From assembly GCA_943704425.1 (NCBI GenBank), contig CALSCP010001920.1, positions 1-58,941 of the forward strand: a stretch of DNA of 58,941 nt, read 5' to 3'. This document shows positions 1 through 16,819 of this stretch, piece by piece. The number at the start of each line of letters is the position of its first letter. Position 1 is the first letter of the stretch. The notes under the pieces were generated by a model. That model saw nothing but the letters and a program-made list of their open reading frames with translations, was not told where the DNA came from and ran no database searches. The stretch comes from Ministeria vibrans ATCC 50519 (lineage: Eukaryota > Protista > Filasterea). The position numbers and the translations under genes were made by a program.

Positions 1-18
1 AAATTATTACTATTATAC

Positions 19-102
<84 letters not shown>

Positions 103-109
103 GTTGTTG

Positions 110-159
<50 letters not shown>

Positions 160-160
160 G
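1..160. repeat. (TTA)n microsatellite with a short (TTG)n interruption, intronic
   Basis: Directly visible trinucleotide run inside an intron of the IDO-like gene. It produces the spurious poly-Asn tail of ORF 13..540. Confidence 0.97.
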
Positions 161-175
161 TGTGCTGTTTTGTAC

Positions 176-1913
176 CTTCGTAGATTACTCCGTTTGGGAA
201 CATTGGTTGATTCTTTGTGCCAAAAATGAAGGTTCGGTACTAAGATTGACAAGGTAAGCAAATGTGAAAAGCTGCAACAGCGTATGCGAGAAGATGGTAC
301 CTCCATGTAGTCCTTTGGGGCGGAGTGGGCCCACATGGTCTCCATGGCGGCATTGATGTCGCACATGACACTGCGGTGCTGCAGCATGGCCGCGTCAAAC
401 GCACTGCGGTCCCGTCTCTCGCAGCCTACACGACCAATGTCAATCACAACAATATTATATGGATTGTAGCGCCTACTGGTCAGGACTTGCTCAATGGCCT
501 GCACCAGACGGCCCGTGTGCGCCACCATGGACACATGCACCAGAATGAACCCGTGTTCGCTGGGTCCCCCCTGAAACTTGCGGATCAGCTCCAGATTCTC
601 GTATGATATTCCCGCCTGGCTTGCGTCCTTTTTCTTCCAGTTGTACAGTGCGTAAGACCTGAAACAGAACGGAAAAGGTTCAAAACAAACTGATTCCTTC
701 TTTGACCAACTTACATTGCGTATTCCATAAACGGGTAAATCTTAAGGCGATCCGAGATTTCCACCAATGGCTTTGCAATTGACGCAGGAAGCACATCACG
801 CCCAATACCGTACCGACCAATACTACATCATAAGAAAATATAAATATAAATCAAAAGGTCATAATAATAATAACAACAATAACAAAAATAATAATAAAAT
901 GAGGCGCAAATAAGATATAAAAAGATAATAGAAGAAATGAAATAATAATAATAATAATAATTATTATTATTATAATTATGAATGAAACAATATTAAAATA
1001 TTGATCATTTTTAATTTTTTCACCTTCCAGATTTGCGGTTCACCAGATCGCACGGCTCCAGAAGATATGCGCTGGCAAGAAACGTGTAGTCGCGCCACAG
1101 CGCCGCCATAAGCTTCGGATCGGTCACTTTTGACCTGCATGCACATAAGAAGATCCAATACAGAGTTAATAAGTTTCTTCTCCTTGTGTGTTTTATTTTG
1201 GTTCTTACGTATCAAGTAAGGGAAAATCGTCGCGAACTCGCGCCCCCAAGCTGCCATCGGCAAGAAGGCCAGGAGTTCCATCATCTCGGGTGATTGGCAT
1301 GTCGTTGAGAATATCCTATGTCGATATGACGTGACATGAGGGAAATATTCCATATTTTTCTTTTCTTTCGATCGGGAGTTGGGATGGGATTGCAAATCAT
1401 CCACAGCGCAGAAACGACAAAACACGACGCGCGAAAAACACAGACCCGACTGGCACATGAAGTCTGATGAATGAAGAAGAGAATGAAAGGCGGCCAGAGC
1501 ATGAGGGAGCCACGAGAGAAGACAAAAAAAGAAGTAGAAGCAGTCGACTCATGCGTCACAAAACACGAACGCGGCTTAAAAAAACTGCGCAGATAGACGA
1601 TTCGGAGTGGCCCCATGGTGTTGACGGTGCTTGGCCAGGGGCGAGGCGAAGGGGAGTCGAGCGCGAGAATAGAAGAGACGTTTGAAAAATGTACCTCGAG
1701 TGGCTGAAACGCCTCAGGCAACGACGCCAACGGCTCTGAGGTAGGCAAAAAGCCGTTGGAGCGCCCTACGGTGAAAACAGGAGCAGCTGCTTGCGCTGCT
1801 GGCGTCATGTCGTCGAAGAACTCGAATCGTGTCGCAAACGTTGACGAAAACGGACGGGTCGCAATGGCCGCCATTTGCTGCACCGCTCCGGCGGTAGCTC
1901 TGGCAAGAAACAT
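176..1913 (-). CDS. Indoleamine 2,3-dioxygenase family protein, fungal IDO-gamma-like; multi-exon, 3' end lies beyond the left edge
   Basis: Spliced exons read FTVGRSNGFLPTSEPLASLPEAFQPLE / DILNDMPITRDDGTPGLLADG / YGIGRDVLPASIAKPL...YPFMEYA / SYALYNW...NLELIRKF...SEHGFILVHVSMV / METMWAHSAPKDY / YRTFIFGTKNQPMFPNGVIYE. These are the ordered motifs I recognise from IDO-gamma proteins, with GT-AG boundaries. Confidence 0.85.
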
Positions 1914-2139
1914 TGAGAAGGGGTTCTATCTTCCGCGGTCGAAAACAAACGAGAACAAACGAAGAAAAAAAATGAATAAACGGGCTTTTCGCTTAGATCA
2001 CAGATGACTCCAGACTCGTCAGTTCACTCGACACTCAGACCTCAGTCGTCACTAATCACTAATTTCTGAGGTATTGATCTTCCTCTTGGGCGTTGCATTG
2101 ATCGTCTCTCGTGTCCCTTGTCACCTCTAATTTGCGAGA

Positions 2140-3793
2140 ATGGGGTTGTGTCGGTGCCGAAAAGTGACCAACATGTTTTGCTTCAGTCACAGAAGAAACG
2201 TGTGCGAATCATGCATGGTGTCTGATCATCCAAAGGTGCCTGACAACAAGATCCCACTCGTTGTGTCCGCGTCGTCATCATAAGATTATGTTATAGCATT
2301 GTGTCGTGGAAGTCCTTTCACACACATACACACACACACTCTCTCTCTCTCTGTCCCTACCGCCTACATCTTCCATCCCGCCCTTCTACACGCTCAACCT
2401 TGCATGCATGTGCCCTGCAAAAGCATGCCGATGGTGCGGCATGCGCTCTCTCTGTGTTAAATTTCAAAGCTGTGCGAAACGACGTGACTTTTTTTGAAAC
2501 TGGTTTCATTGTCTCTCCTCTCAGTGCATCGTGCGGTCCTACCTACAGTGGCTCCAAGACGGAGACTTTGACGCTGACTGTGGCCTGTGCCACACCTCGC
2601 TGGAGAAGGGCCAAGTGGTCCGGCTCGTCTGCTATGGTTCGCGCAAGTGTGTCGTTCGCCACACAAACCTTCTCATTCCCCTTTGCATCGCTCTCCCTCT
2701 TCAGATCTGTTCCATTGGGAGTGTCTCGACAAGTACTGTGCTTCCATGCCGTCGAGGACAGCCGCAGCGGGCTACACCTGTCCAACGTGCAACGTAACCA
2801 AAGTTCAAACCTGAGACCCAAAACATTCTTGAGACGGTTCTCTTTCTTTTCTTATAGAGTGGTATTATTCCGCCAGCCAACATGCACTCACCGGTTGCCG
2901 AAGAATTGAGGCAATCTCTTGAAAAGGCTGCCTGGGTACCGACAGCAATGTCCTCGGACGCAGTACGCCAAAAAAAAACAAAAAACGAGAGAAGAACAAT
3001 CGCCATGCATCGTGTGTTCTCACTTCCTCCACTTTTGTTTCTTGCCCCCTCCTCTCTCTATCTCTCCATCATGTTGTTTCTTTCTATCTCCTCTCTCTCT
3101 ATCTTTCCATCACGTTGTTTCTGTTCTCCTCCTCTCTCTCCATCACGTTGTTTCTTTCCTCCTCCTCTCTCTCCATCACGTTGTTTCTTTTCCCCTCCTC
3201 TCTCTCCATCACGTTGTTTCTTTTCTCCTCCTCTCTCTCCATCACGTTGTTTCTTTTCCCCTCCTCTCTCTCCACCACGTTGTTTCTTTTCTCCTCCTCT
3301 CTCTCTCCATCACGTTGTTTCTTTCCCCCTCCTCTCCCTCCATCACTTTGTTTCTTTCCCCTTCCTCTCTCTCGACGTCTCTCTGTGACTGCAGGCCACT
3401 GATGCGATTCTGGGTCTCACATCAAGCTCGTTTGAGAGCGCAAGCACGTCTGCGTCCATCGGCTCGCCCCGCAAGACCGCCTCGGGTGCACATGCGGCCG
3501 CTCAGTCGGGCGCACTTACGTCACTGGCCTTTGGCTCGGCCACCGCACCCGCCATCAACCCGCACACCGACCCCGATGAGAACAAATATCGCCCGAGACG
3601 CGATGCAATGCGCTTTTGTCGTACCATTATGGGGTAAGATCAACACGCAAAGAGAAGGAACAGACATATTCATTCGTTTCCTTTCTGTCTTAGCATCAAA
3701 ACATGGAAATTCTTTGTCTTACTAGCGATTGTGTGCTTTTGCGTCTACCTTGGACTCTCCATCATGGGCCGTGCGGCACAGGCTGAAGATTAG
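2140..3793 (+). CDS. ZFPL1: Zinc finger protein-like 1 (B-box-like + RING-like + C-terminal TM), multi-exon
   Basis: [33 protein letters not shown] / [21 protein letters not shown]...VRLVCY / DLFHWECL...AGYTCPTC, then a C-terminal hydrophobic anchor [16 protein letters not shown] and TAG at 3791-3793. Confidence 0.92.
3107..3365 (+). repeat. Intronic 33-bp minisatellite, about 8 copies (CCATCACGTTGTTTCTTTTCCCCTCCTCTCTCT consensus)
   Basis: Tandem 33-nt period is visible, and appears as an 11-aa repeat ([11 protein letters not shown]) in shadow ORFs. There are no spacers. Confidence 0.93.
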
Positions 3794-3920
3794 GAATGAG
3801 CTTGCTTGCTTCTCATTTGTATCATAAAAACAAACTCAAAACTGAAACACAAATCACTAAAATCTAAATACTAATCACACAGCACACTTTTCTCTCTCTC
3901 TTTGGTTTTCCCTTGACATC

Positions 3921-6104
3921 ATGGCAGAGGTCGTCCAGCAAGCGCTGGAGTCGATGGTCGACGAGCTCGAAGACTACCGTCGACGCGGACTCTTCACCGA
4001 AGACGAAATCAAAAGCATCGTCAAGCGCCGCACCGCCTTTGAATACTCTCTCAAACGCCGCCAACCCGAAAAGTCAGACTACCTACAGTACATTGAGGTA
4101 CGCTACGCATGGAAATTCCCCTTGAAACTCTTTTCGGGCGTGCGCCATTTTCACCACGAGATTCGTGCCCCTTGCCCTCGTCGCCCCCCTCCCGCGCCCC
4201 CTCCTGCCTGCGACCTCTCACCTTGGCTATTCTCTACCACCCCCTCCCCCCTTCAGTTTGAACTCAACCTGGACGCGCTTCGGAGACAGCGTTGCGAACG
4301 TCTTCACATCAAGCCTCAGGGCTGTGCCAGCGCTCACTCCATCATCAGACGCGTCCACTTCATCTTCCAGCGCGCCGTCCGCAAGCACACGGGCGACGTC
4401 AAACTCTGGCTGGAGTACGTGTCGTTCTGTCGCCGCTCCGGCTCGGTGCGACAGCTCAGTCGTACGTTTGGTCGTGTCCTCCAACTCCACCCACGCAGTG
4501 TGACCCTGTGGATCTCGGCCGCCGACTGGGAGATGCGCGACAACCTCAACATGACGGCCGCGCGCCTGCTTCTCCAACGCGCCCTGCGCTTCCTTTCCGA
4601 ATCCACCCAGCTCTGGATCGCCTATCTCCGTTTCGAACTCATTTTCCTCCACAAGTATCGCGTTCGCCAACGCGCCATGGGCGTCAACCTCACCCAGACC
4701 CCACAGCAACAACAGAAAAAGACCGACACGGACCTCACAGTCTACGACGATGACGAAGACAACGACAATAATAACACCGGCGCCAGTGTGGTGCAGCCAC
4801 CGCGACTTGAGGGTGAACCCGAGGAGAAACTAACCACGTTTGCCGCCGAGTCAGGCCTTGACGGCATCACGGATGGCGAGACACCGCCGAACGAAGGCGA
4901 GTGGCGCAAACGTGCGGTGCAGCGATTCCTCGCCGGTGAACTGCCGCGCACTGTCATGTTGGCTGCGCTCGACGAGCACGGCGACAATGTCGCGCTGATG
5001 CAGGAGATGCTCAACGCTCTCCGCGAGTTTCCCGACAACGAGACGCTCGCACAAGAGCTGCTCGAGCGTATTGCACAGCTACCAGTGGCAGCCGCTGCCA
5101 ACCCCCGCGTTCTTCTCATGCTTGCCACGCAGGGACGCAGTGAGCGCTGTCCCACCAACAGCGTCGACGCAGCCCGCGTGCTTGTGAATCAGATGGTCGA
5201 GACGGCTCTCACCTCGTCTGCGCCCGAGCAACAGCTGGACGAGGAGGTATTTGCGACACTCGCGCGCTTTGTTCAGCAACCCGATCAGACAGAGGCAGTG
5301 CGAAGAGTGTGTGTGGAGGCTCTGGAGCGACTGTGGCGAGGGGTACGCGAGGCTGAGCGTGAGAGCACAAGCGCCTGTCGACTGGTCGTTGACACAATGG
5401 CGAGTGTGGGAGACGCCAAAAGCAGCAAGGCTTTGTTGGCGATTACACAGGCTCACGTGAAGCGACACGCTCGCGACGAAGACGCCTGGTTGCTGCACCT
5501 GCAGTGTCTTGTGCAGCAGCAGCAGCAGCAGTCGGGTGGCCCCAAGGTGGGACGGGCGTTTGAAGACGCACTGGTTGCGTTAGGGAACACCCATGCGGGA
5601 GTGTGGCGACTGCGACTGCGTCACATTCTGCGCCAAGAGACGCTCAGTGTGACGGAAGTACTGGCGCTGTGCGATGCGCAGCGCATTGCATCACTTCCTT
5701 CCGATGCACAGGTGCTTTTTATCGACTGGTGTCACAAGCAGTTGGGACAACACGACGACGGAAATGATGAGGATGTGCAGGCCCTGGTGGAGACAGTGCT
5801 ACGTGTGTGTCGCCAGCGACCAGTGGCCCTGGAGGTGTACGTGCGAGCAACCAGACTGGTGGGGCGTGCGCTGCATTGCGCAAGAGCCACCGCAACGCAG
5901 CGCACCACAGACGCACTTCGCCGTCTCTTCGAGCAGTCCGTCACCGACTACGGGCGCGACTCACCCTCCCTCTGGTTCAGCTTCTTCCAGTGGGAGCAGT
6001 CCCAGACCGATCGCGACGCACAACGCAGAGCCGCTCGTGTCCACTGGCGCGCCCTCAAGTCCCTCGCTCACCCCGACGCCTTTGCCGAGCTTGTTGCGCA
6101 GTAG
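3921..6104 (+). CDS. UTP6: U3 snoRNA-associated protein 6 homolog (HAT repeats); probable intron 4098-4256
   Basis: N-terminus MAEVVQQALESMVDELEDYRRRGLFTEDEIKSIVKRRTAFEYSLKRR...DYLQYIE|FELNLDALRRQR, followed by HAT repeats (VKLWLEYV, LWISAADWE, LWIAYLRFE). Confidence 0.92.
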   Translation: MAEVVQQALESMVDELEDYRRRGLFTEDEIKSIVKRRTAFEYSLKRRQPEKSDYLQYIEVRYAWKFPLKLFSGVRHFHHEIRAPCPRRPPPAPPPACDLSPWLFSTTPSPLQFELNLDALRRQRCERLHIKPQGCASAHSIIRRVHFIFQRAVRKHTGDVKLWLEYVSFCRRSGSVRQLSRTFGRVLQLHPRSVTLWISAADWEMRDNLNMTAARLLLQRALRFLSESTQLWIAYLRFELIFLHKYRVRQRAMGVNLTQTPQQQQKKTDTDLTVYDDDEDNDNNNTGASVVQPPRLEGEPEEKLTTFAAESGLDGITDGETPPNEGEWRKRAVQRFLAGELPRTVMLAALDEHGDNVALMQEMLNALREFPDNETLAQELLERIAQLPVAAAANPRVLLMLATQGRSERCPTNSVDAARVLVNQMVETALTSSAPEQQLDEEVFATLARFVQQPDQTEAVRRVCVEALERLWRGVREAERESTSACRLVVDTMASVGDAKSSKALLAITQAHVKRHARDEDAWLLHLQCLVQQQQQQSGGPKVGRAFEDALVALGNTHAGVWRLRLRHILRQETLSVTEVLALCDAQRIASLPSDAQVLFIDWCHKQLGQHDDGNDEDVQALVETVLRVCRQRPVALEVYVRATRLVGRALHCARATATQRTTDALRRLFEQSVTDYGRDSPSLWFSFFQWEQSQTDRDAQRRAARVHWRALKSLAHPDAFAELVAQ

Positions 6105-6218
6105 CTTAACAATACACATACTTTTTCTACGTCTACACCCCTATCCAAGTAATAATAAGTATTATCTACAATAATAATAATAATAATAATCTACAATAGT
6201 AATAATAATAATAATAAG

Positions 6219-6256
<38 letters not shown>

Positions 6257-6279
6257 ATTAATATACAATGTTGAATCGC

Positions 6280-7569
6280 TCACAAAGGAGTCTTGGTCGC
6301 CACATAAAGACCGCCAAGCACGGCGGAAGCCCGTGCACCCGTGACAGTTCTACCCGCAAGCGTATTTCCCGCCCGCCCATGCACGCGACAGTGTGCCAAC
6401 CAGGCAAAGGCCATTGCCTCCATCCAGTCCGGATCCACTTCGGGCCCAGTCGAGCGCACTATGCACTCTGACAGGAGCGCCTAATATGCACAACAGTACA
6501 ATTTCAGTCGTTCTTCTTCACAAAGAGCATCATTACCTTGAGACGATCCATAATGTGACTATTATGAACACCTCCACCGCACACGAGCACTTGCGTGTGC
6601 GCGGCTGTGCTCGCAGTGTGATGGCGAACGGCATCGGCCGTTGCACGCACTGTCAGCTCCGCAAGTGTCGCCTGTACGTCACACGGCGCAATGTCACTAA
6701 AATCATTCAGGCGCTCGTCAAGCCAGGTACCGTTGAAACGTTCGCGGCCAGTCGATTTGGGAGGCTCTTGCGCAAAGAAGGGATCAGAGAGAAAGCGTGC
6801 TAGCAGTGGCGTGTTCACGGTACCCGTGCGTGCGAATGCGCCGTCTGCATCATAGCGACATTCGCCAACGTGTCGCTGAACATGCAAGTCCAAAAGAACA
6901 TTACCGGGACCCACATCGTAGCCCCAGTAGCGGTCGTGGTGCAGCACAGTGATGTTGGCCATCCCTCCAATGTTGAGGACAACCAGTGACTGATCGGGTG
7001 TGACAGCGCTGCCATACAGCGCATGATGAAAGGCCGGCACCAACGGTGCTCCTTGGCCACCAAGTGCCACGTCCATGCGTCGAAGATCGCCCACGACGCT
7101 TATGCCGGTGCGAGCAGTGACCACATTGGGATCGCCGAGTTGAAGCGAAATCGCCTCGTCCGGATGATGAGCCACAGTCTGTCCATGCGACCCAATCGCT
7201 ACAATATCGCCCCGCCTCACGCCGTCACACGCGTCCAGCAGGGCCAGCACTGCGTCTGCGAAGAGCACTCCCAGATCGCGATCCAGTTGAGCGACAGAGA
7301 GGAGAGTGCCGCGCCACTCAACACAAACCATTTCGGCCAGTCGTTCTCTCAACTCAGTAGGAATCTCATGCGAAAGACTCTTCACCAGCCGACAAGAGAG
7401 CAAGCTGCAGCTCGACGAAGCCTCATCTGCTGTCGTCCGCGCTCTCTCCTGTCTGAGTGTGTGAGCTGTGATGGATTGCCCTGACAACCCAACGATGTAC
7501 CGCAATCTCAACAAGGACCACATCCACAGCATCAAAGCTTGTGCCCGACATGATACCTATGTACAACAT
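6280..7569 (-). CDS. anmK: Anhydro-N-acetylmuramic acid kinase, bacterial-type, three exons
   Basis: [85 protein letters not shown] and [18 protein letters not shown] introns at about 7449-7500 and 6481-6536. Confidence 0.93.
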
Positions 7570-7850
7570 GACACACAAACTCGAATTCAAATAAAATTGG
7601 GTGTTGTGTGTCAAGAGAGCAAAGCTTTTAAAAATACATAAAATAATCATTGTATTCCATTTAGCAATTAGGGCATCTTTTTTTAATTTATAAACCTTAC
7701 TTCACAAGTGAAATCACAACTTTTTTTCTTTTCTCTTCGCCCACCGGACAGGCGGACACCGATACATTCATTAATCATTTATATTTATATCTTTACCCCC
7801 TTCCGTCTGTGCGAGTTGTCCCCTGGTTGTCCCGCCCCAGTCGATAGACA

Positions 7851-13432
<5,582 letters not shown>

Positions 13433-13595
13433 CATGATTATATTTTTCTAATAAATTTTGTACCCTAGGTTCTTTTCACGTCTTATTATTATAATAATAA
13501 AACTATTAAAATCAATTATTATTAGTTTAATACTATCAGTTCGATAATAATAATAATAAGCAGCTTTACTACTATCATTACTATTATGCTATGCT

Positions 13596-16272
13596 TTAGT
13601 CAATGTCCATGGCGTCGGCCTTCTTGTCGGCGTCGGCAGCGGGCGTGGCGTCGGTGGCAGGGGTGTCAGCGGCCGGAGCAGGGGTGGGCTCAACCTTGGG
13701 CGGGTCTGCCTTAGGCTTGGGCTTGTTCACAATGGGCTTGGCGAGACGCTCAAGTTGATCACGCTGCACCTTGAGCTCGTCGGTGAGCACGGCGGGCGTG
13801 TCGTGCTGGGCGCAGCGCGATTGCGCCACGAGCTTCTCCTGCATCCACTTCTCCTTGAGTTCGAGCTCCGCCTTGAGCTTGTTCATGTCGTTGTCGGTGA
13901 GGTGTGCGTATCTCTCGTCGAAACCGCTCCACAGATCGACAATCTTGCGGTAGCTGACGCACGACTGCTGCAGAGCCTCAATGGCCGCCGGGCGCGTGGA
14001 CGCCTCGCCGAAACGCTGCACGATGGGATCCGACAGCTTTCGCATGTCGGCCATCTTGGCCTCGTACACCTTCTTGGGCTGGTCCTCGCCCTCGTCGTAC
14101 AACCACTCCTCGGCAGCCGAGAGGGCGCTCGAGAGCTCCTCGCGCTTCGACTCCTCCGCGAAAGGCGCGTACGTTTCCGAGAGCTTCTCGCGCATCTCGT
14201 AGACAAACTCCTCGACGGCGTTCTTCGCGTCGACACGCTCCTTCTCGATGCGGTCATTGAGCTGCATTTGCACCTCCGCCTCGTGGAAGGCGTTGCGCTG
14301 AGCTGTTGTAAACTCGCGAGAACCAGTGCCGCTCACGGTGAGAGGTGTCTTGACCGTCTTCTTCTTCTTGATCATGCGCGGTGCCTCGGGCTCGACAGGC
14401 GTAGCGTCCATGGGCTCGGGGGTCGCGTCAGCTGCGGGTGTGGCAGCGTCGGCAGCGGCCGGTGTTTCGTCCGTCTCCATGGGAGCAGGGGCGTCTCCAG
14501 CAGTGGCAGCGGCATCGTCGGTCGCAGGGGCGGCGGCGGCGGTGGCATCTGTGGCGGGAACAACGGCGGGTGCTGCCACCGGCTTCTCTTCGACCTCGTA
14601 CTCGACCTCCTCCTCGGAGCGAGCTGACTCGACAACAAAGATGCCGTGTTCGTTGATGCGCACGCGCACCTTGATCTTGTGGTCGCCGCCGGCAGCGGGA
14701 GGTGTTGTGGGCACCGTGATAGAGTAGGTGGCAATGTTGGCAAGGGCGCCGGGCACGAGCGAAGGGTCGACGTAGCGAGCGGTGACATCGAAGCTGGCGG
14801 AGCGGAGCAGGGTGATGAGACGGTTGCTGGGCACGGCGTGGTTGACGGGGAACACCTCGCTGCACTTCTCCTCGCCGGACGCGGGATCTGTGTAGTACAC
14901 GTTGATGTGGAAGGGCTGCGCCTCGGTGACGGCGAACTCGCGCACCTTGAAGGTAGGCGAGATGATGGCGCACATGAGAGCACAGCCGCGCGAGACAGCC
15001 TCGTCCGCATTGAGTGTCGTGTTGGGCTCGCGTCCAAACACGTCCTGGATGTAGCGCTTGACAGCGGGCATGCGAGTGCCACCACCAACAATCTCGACGG
15101 CGTAAAGGTCCTCGGCCTTGACCTGCGCCTGTTCGAGCAGACGCTTGAGAAGCGGAGTGATGCGACCGAGAGGCTCGGCACACAGCTCCTCAAAGGCAGC
15201 GCGGTCGCACGTGCCACGCACGTCGACATCGTTCATGAGACACTCAATGTTAAGCGGGATTGTCGTGGCGTTGGTCGACATAAGCTTCTTCAGCTTCTCG
15301 CACTCGGCCAGCAGACGCACGCAGGCCTTGGGGCGCGCGTGCACGTCAATCTTGTACTTGTCCTGCTCAAACGACACAAGATGGTTAAGATTAGTAATAA
15401 TAATAATAATAATAATAATTATTATTATCATTATTATCATTATTTTCATACTCATAATAATTATTTTATTATATTTTTTACGTTGTTTTTTTTTTCTTCT
15501 TCTTTTTACCTTAAACTCAGTGGCAAACTTGTCGAAAAGAGAGCGGTCAAGGTTCTGACCACCGAGCGAGCTGTCGTGGACGGTAGCGAGGACAGTGAGT
15601 TTGCCTTCGGAGAAGGAGCAGATGGACGCCTTGAACGCCTTCTTGCCCATGTCGACAAAGGCAACCAAGCGCGGCGGTTCAGTCGCAGGCGGAAGGTCCT
15701 TCTTGTAGATGCCATACGTCAGGGCAACTGCATCAAAGCAACACAACAACAATAATAATTATTATTAATAATAAAATATATATTTTTATGATAATAATTA
15801 TTATTGTGTGTTTTCTCACCTGCAGAGGTTTCGTTGAAGAGACGCAGGCAGTTGAGGCCAGCAATGTGGGAGGCGACAAGCATGGCACGACGCTGGGCGT
15901 CATTGAAGAAGATGGGGCAGCTGATGACGCAGTCGACCACCTTGGTCTTGAGGTTGCTCTCGGCGACCGCCTTGAGCTGCACCAGAAGCATGGCCAGCAG
16001 CTGGACCGGCTCGAACGTGCGCTCCTCGCCGTTGTACTTCACTGTGATGCCAATCGCACCCGTGTCCAGACGACAGTGCTTGGCGTACAGCATAGCCAGA
16101 GTCTCCTGCAATGTTCAACAATCAATTTCAGCGTTACTACTACGGTCGATTTTTTTTTTTCCCCTGTTCGACAAGTCTCTCTCATCTCGACAACCGCAAG
16201 ACCAGAGAGGCGGTGGAGTATGCAAAGGGGTGGAAGGGAAAGAGGGATACGGCGGGAATGATTAAAAAGAAG

Positions 16273-16317
<45 letters not shown>

Positions 16318-16526
16318 TGTGTGAGTGTTGAGATTTGGCAAATGTCGCGCATCTCCTGTAGAATGAGTGGTCGCGTGGACCCGCAATTGGGGGCAGGAGC
16401 GCCCTTTCACCGCAACCAAAGGGTGTCATTGGCGATGGAATGAACGGTGCAAGACAAGGGCGCGCGGCGGGGGACATATGGACGGCGTGATCGTCGAGGG
16501 ACGGGTCTGGAAAAGTCGCCGCGAGA

Positions 16527-16559
<33 letters not shown>

Positions 16560-16819
16560 CGACGATGCCACGTTACCTGGACGTCTGGGTCGTTGTAGTC
16601 GCGTGCAATGAGGAGGGGGAATCCAAAGATGGTGTTTTGGACATTGCTGGCGAGCTGGGACTTGCCGTTCTCGCCGAGGAAGCGGACGCGCTGGTTGAAG
16701 CTCACGAGTGTCGAGTTGTGGCGGTACGAGAATTCATTGGCGACAACTTCGATGCCGCCCTGGCGCGCGATCGAGATGAAGCAAGTGTCAGTTCCGATGT
16801 CAAATCCAACAACGCTCAT
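13596..16819 (-). CDS. HSPA4: Hsp110/HSPA4-type chaperone (Hsp70 superfamily nucleotide exchange factor), multi-exon
   Basis: MSVVGFDIG...ARQGGIEVVANEFSYR, TTLNADEAVSRGCALMCAIISPTFKVREF, acidic insertion, AKNAVEEFVYEMREKL, EEWLYDEGEDQ and C-terminal MDID. Confidence 0.93.

Noticed and set aside
3107-3365. CRISPR-like array of ~33-bp repeats
   Set aside because: The units are contiguous with no unique spacers, there are no cas genes, and it lies in a eukaryotic intron. It is a minisatellite.
6280-7569. Bacterial contamination or misassembly for anmK (also Maf and DUF285)
   Set aside because: anmK and the DUF285 gene have spliceosomal introns and all are embedded among eukaryotic genes. Maf domains are widespread in eukaryotes.
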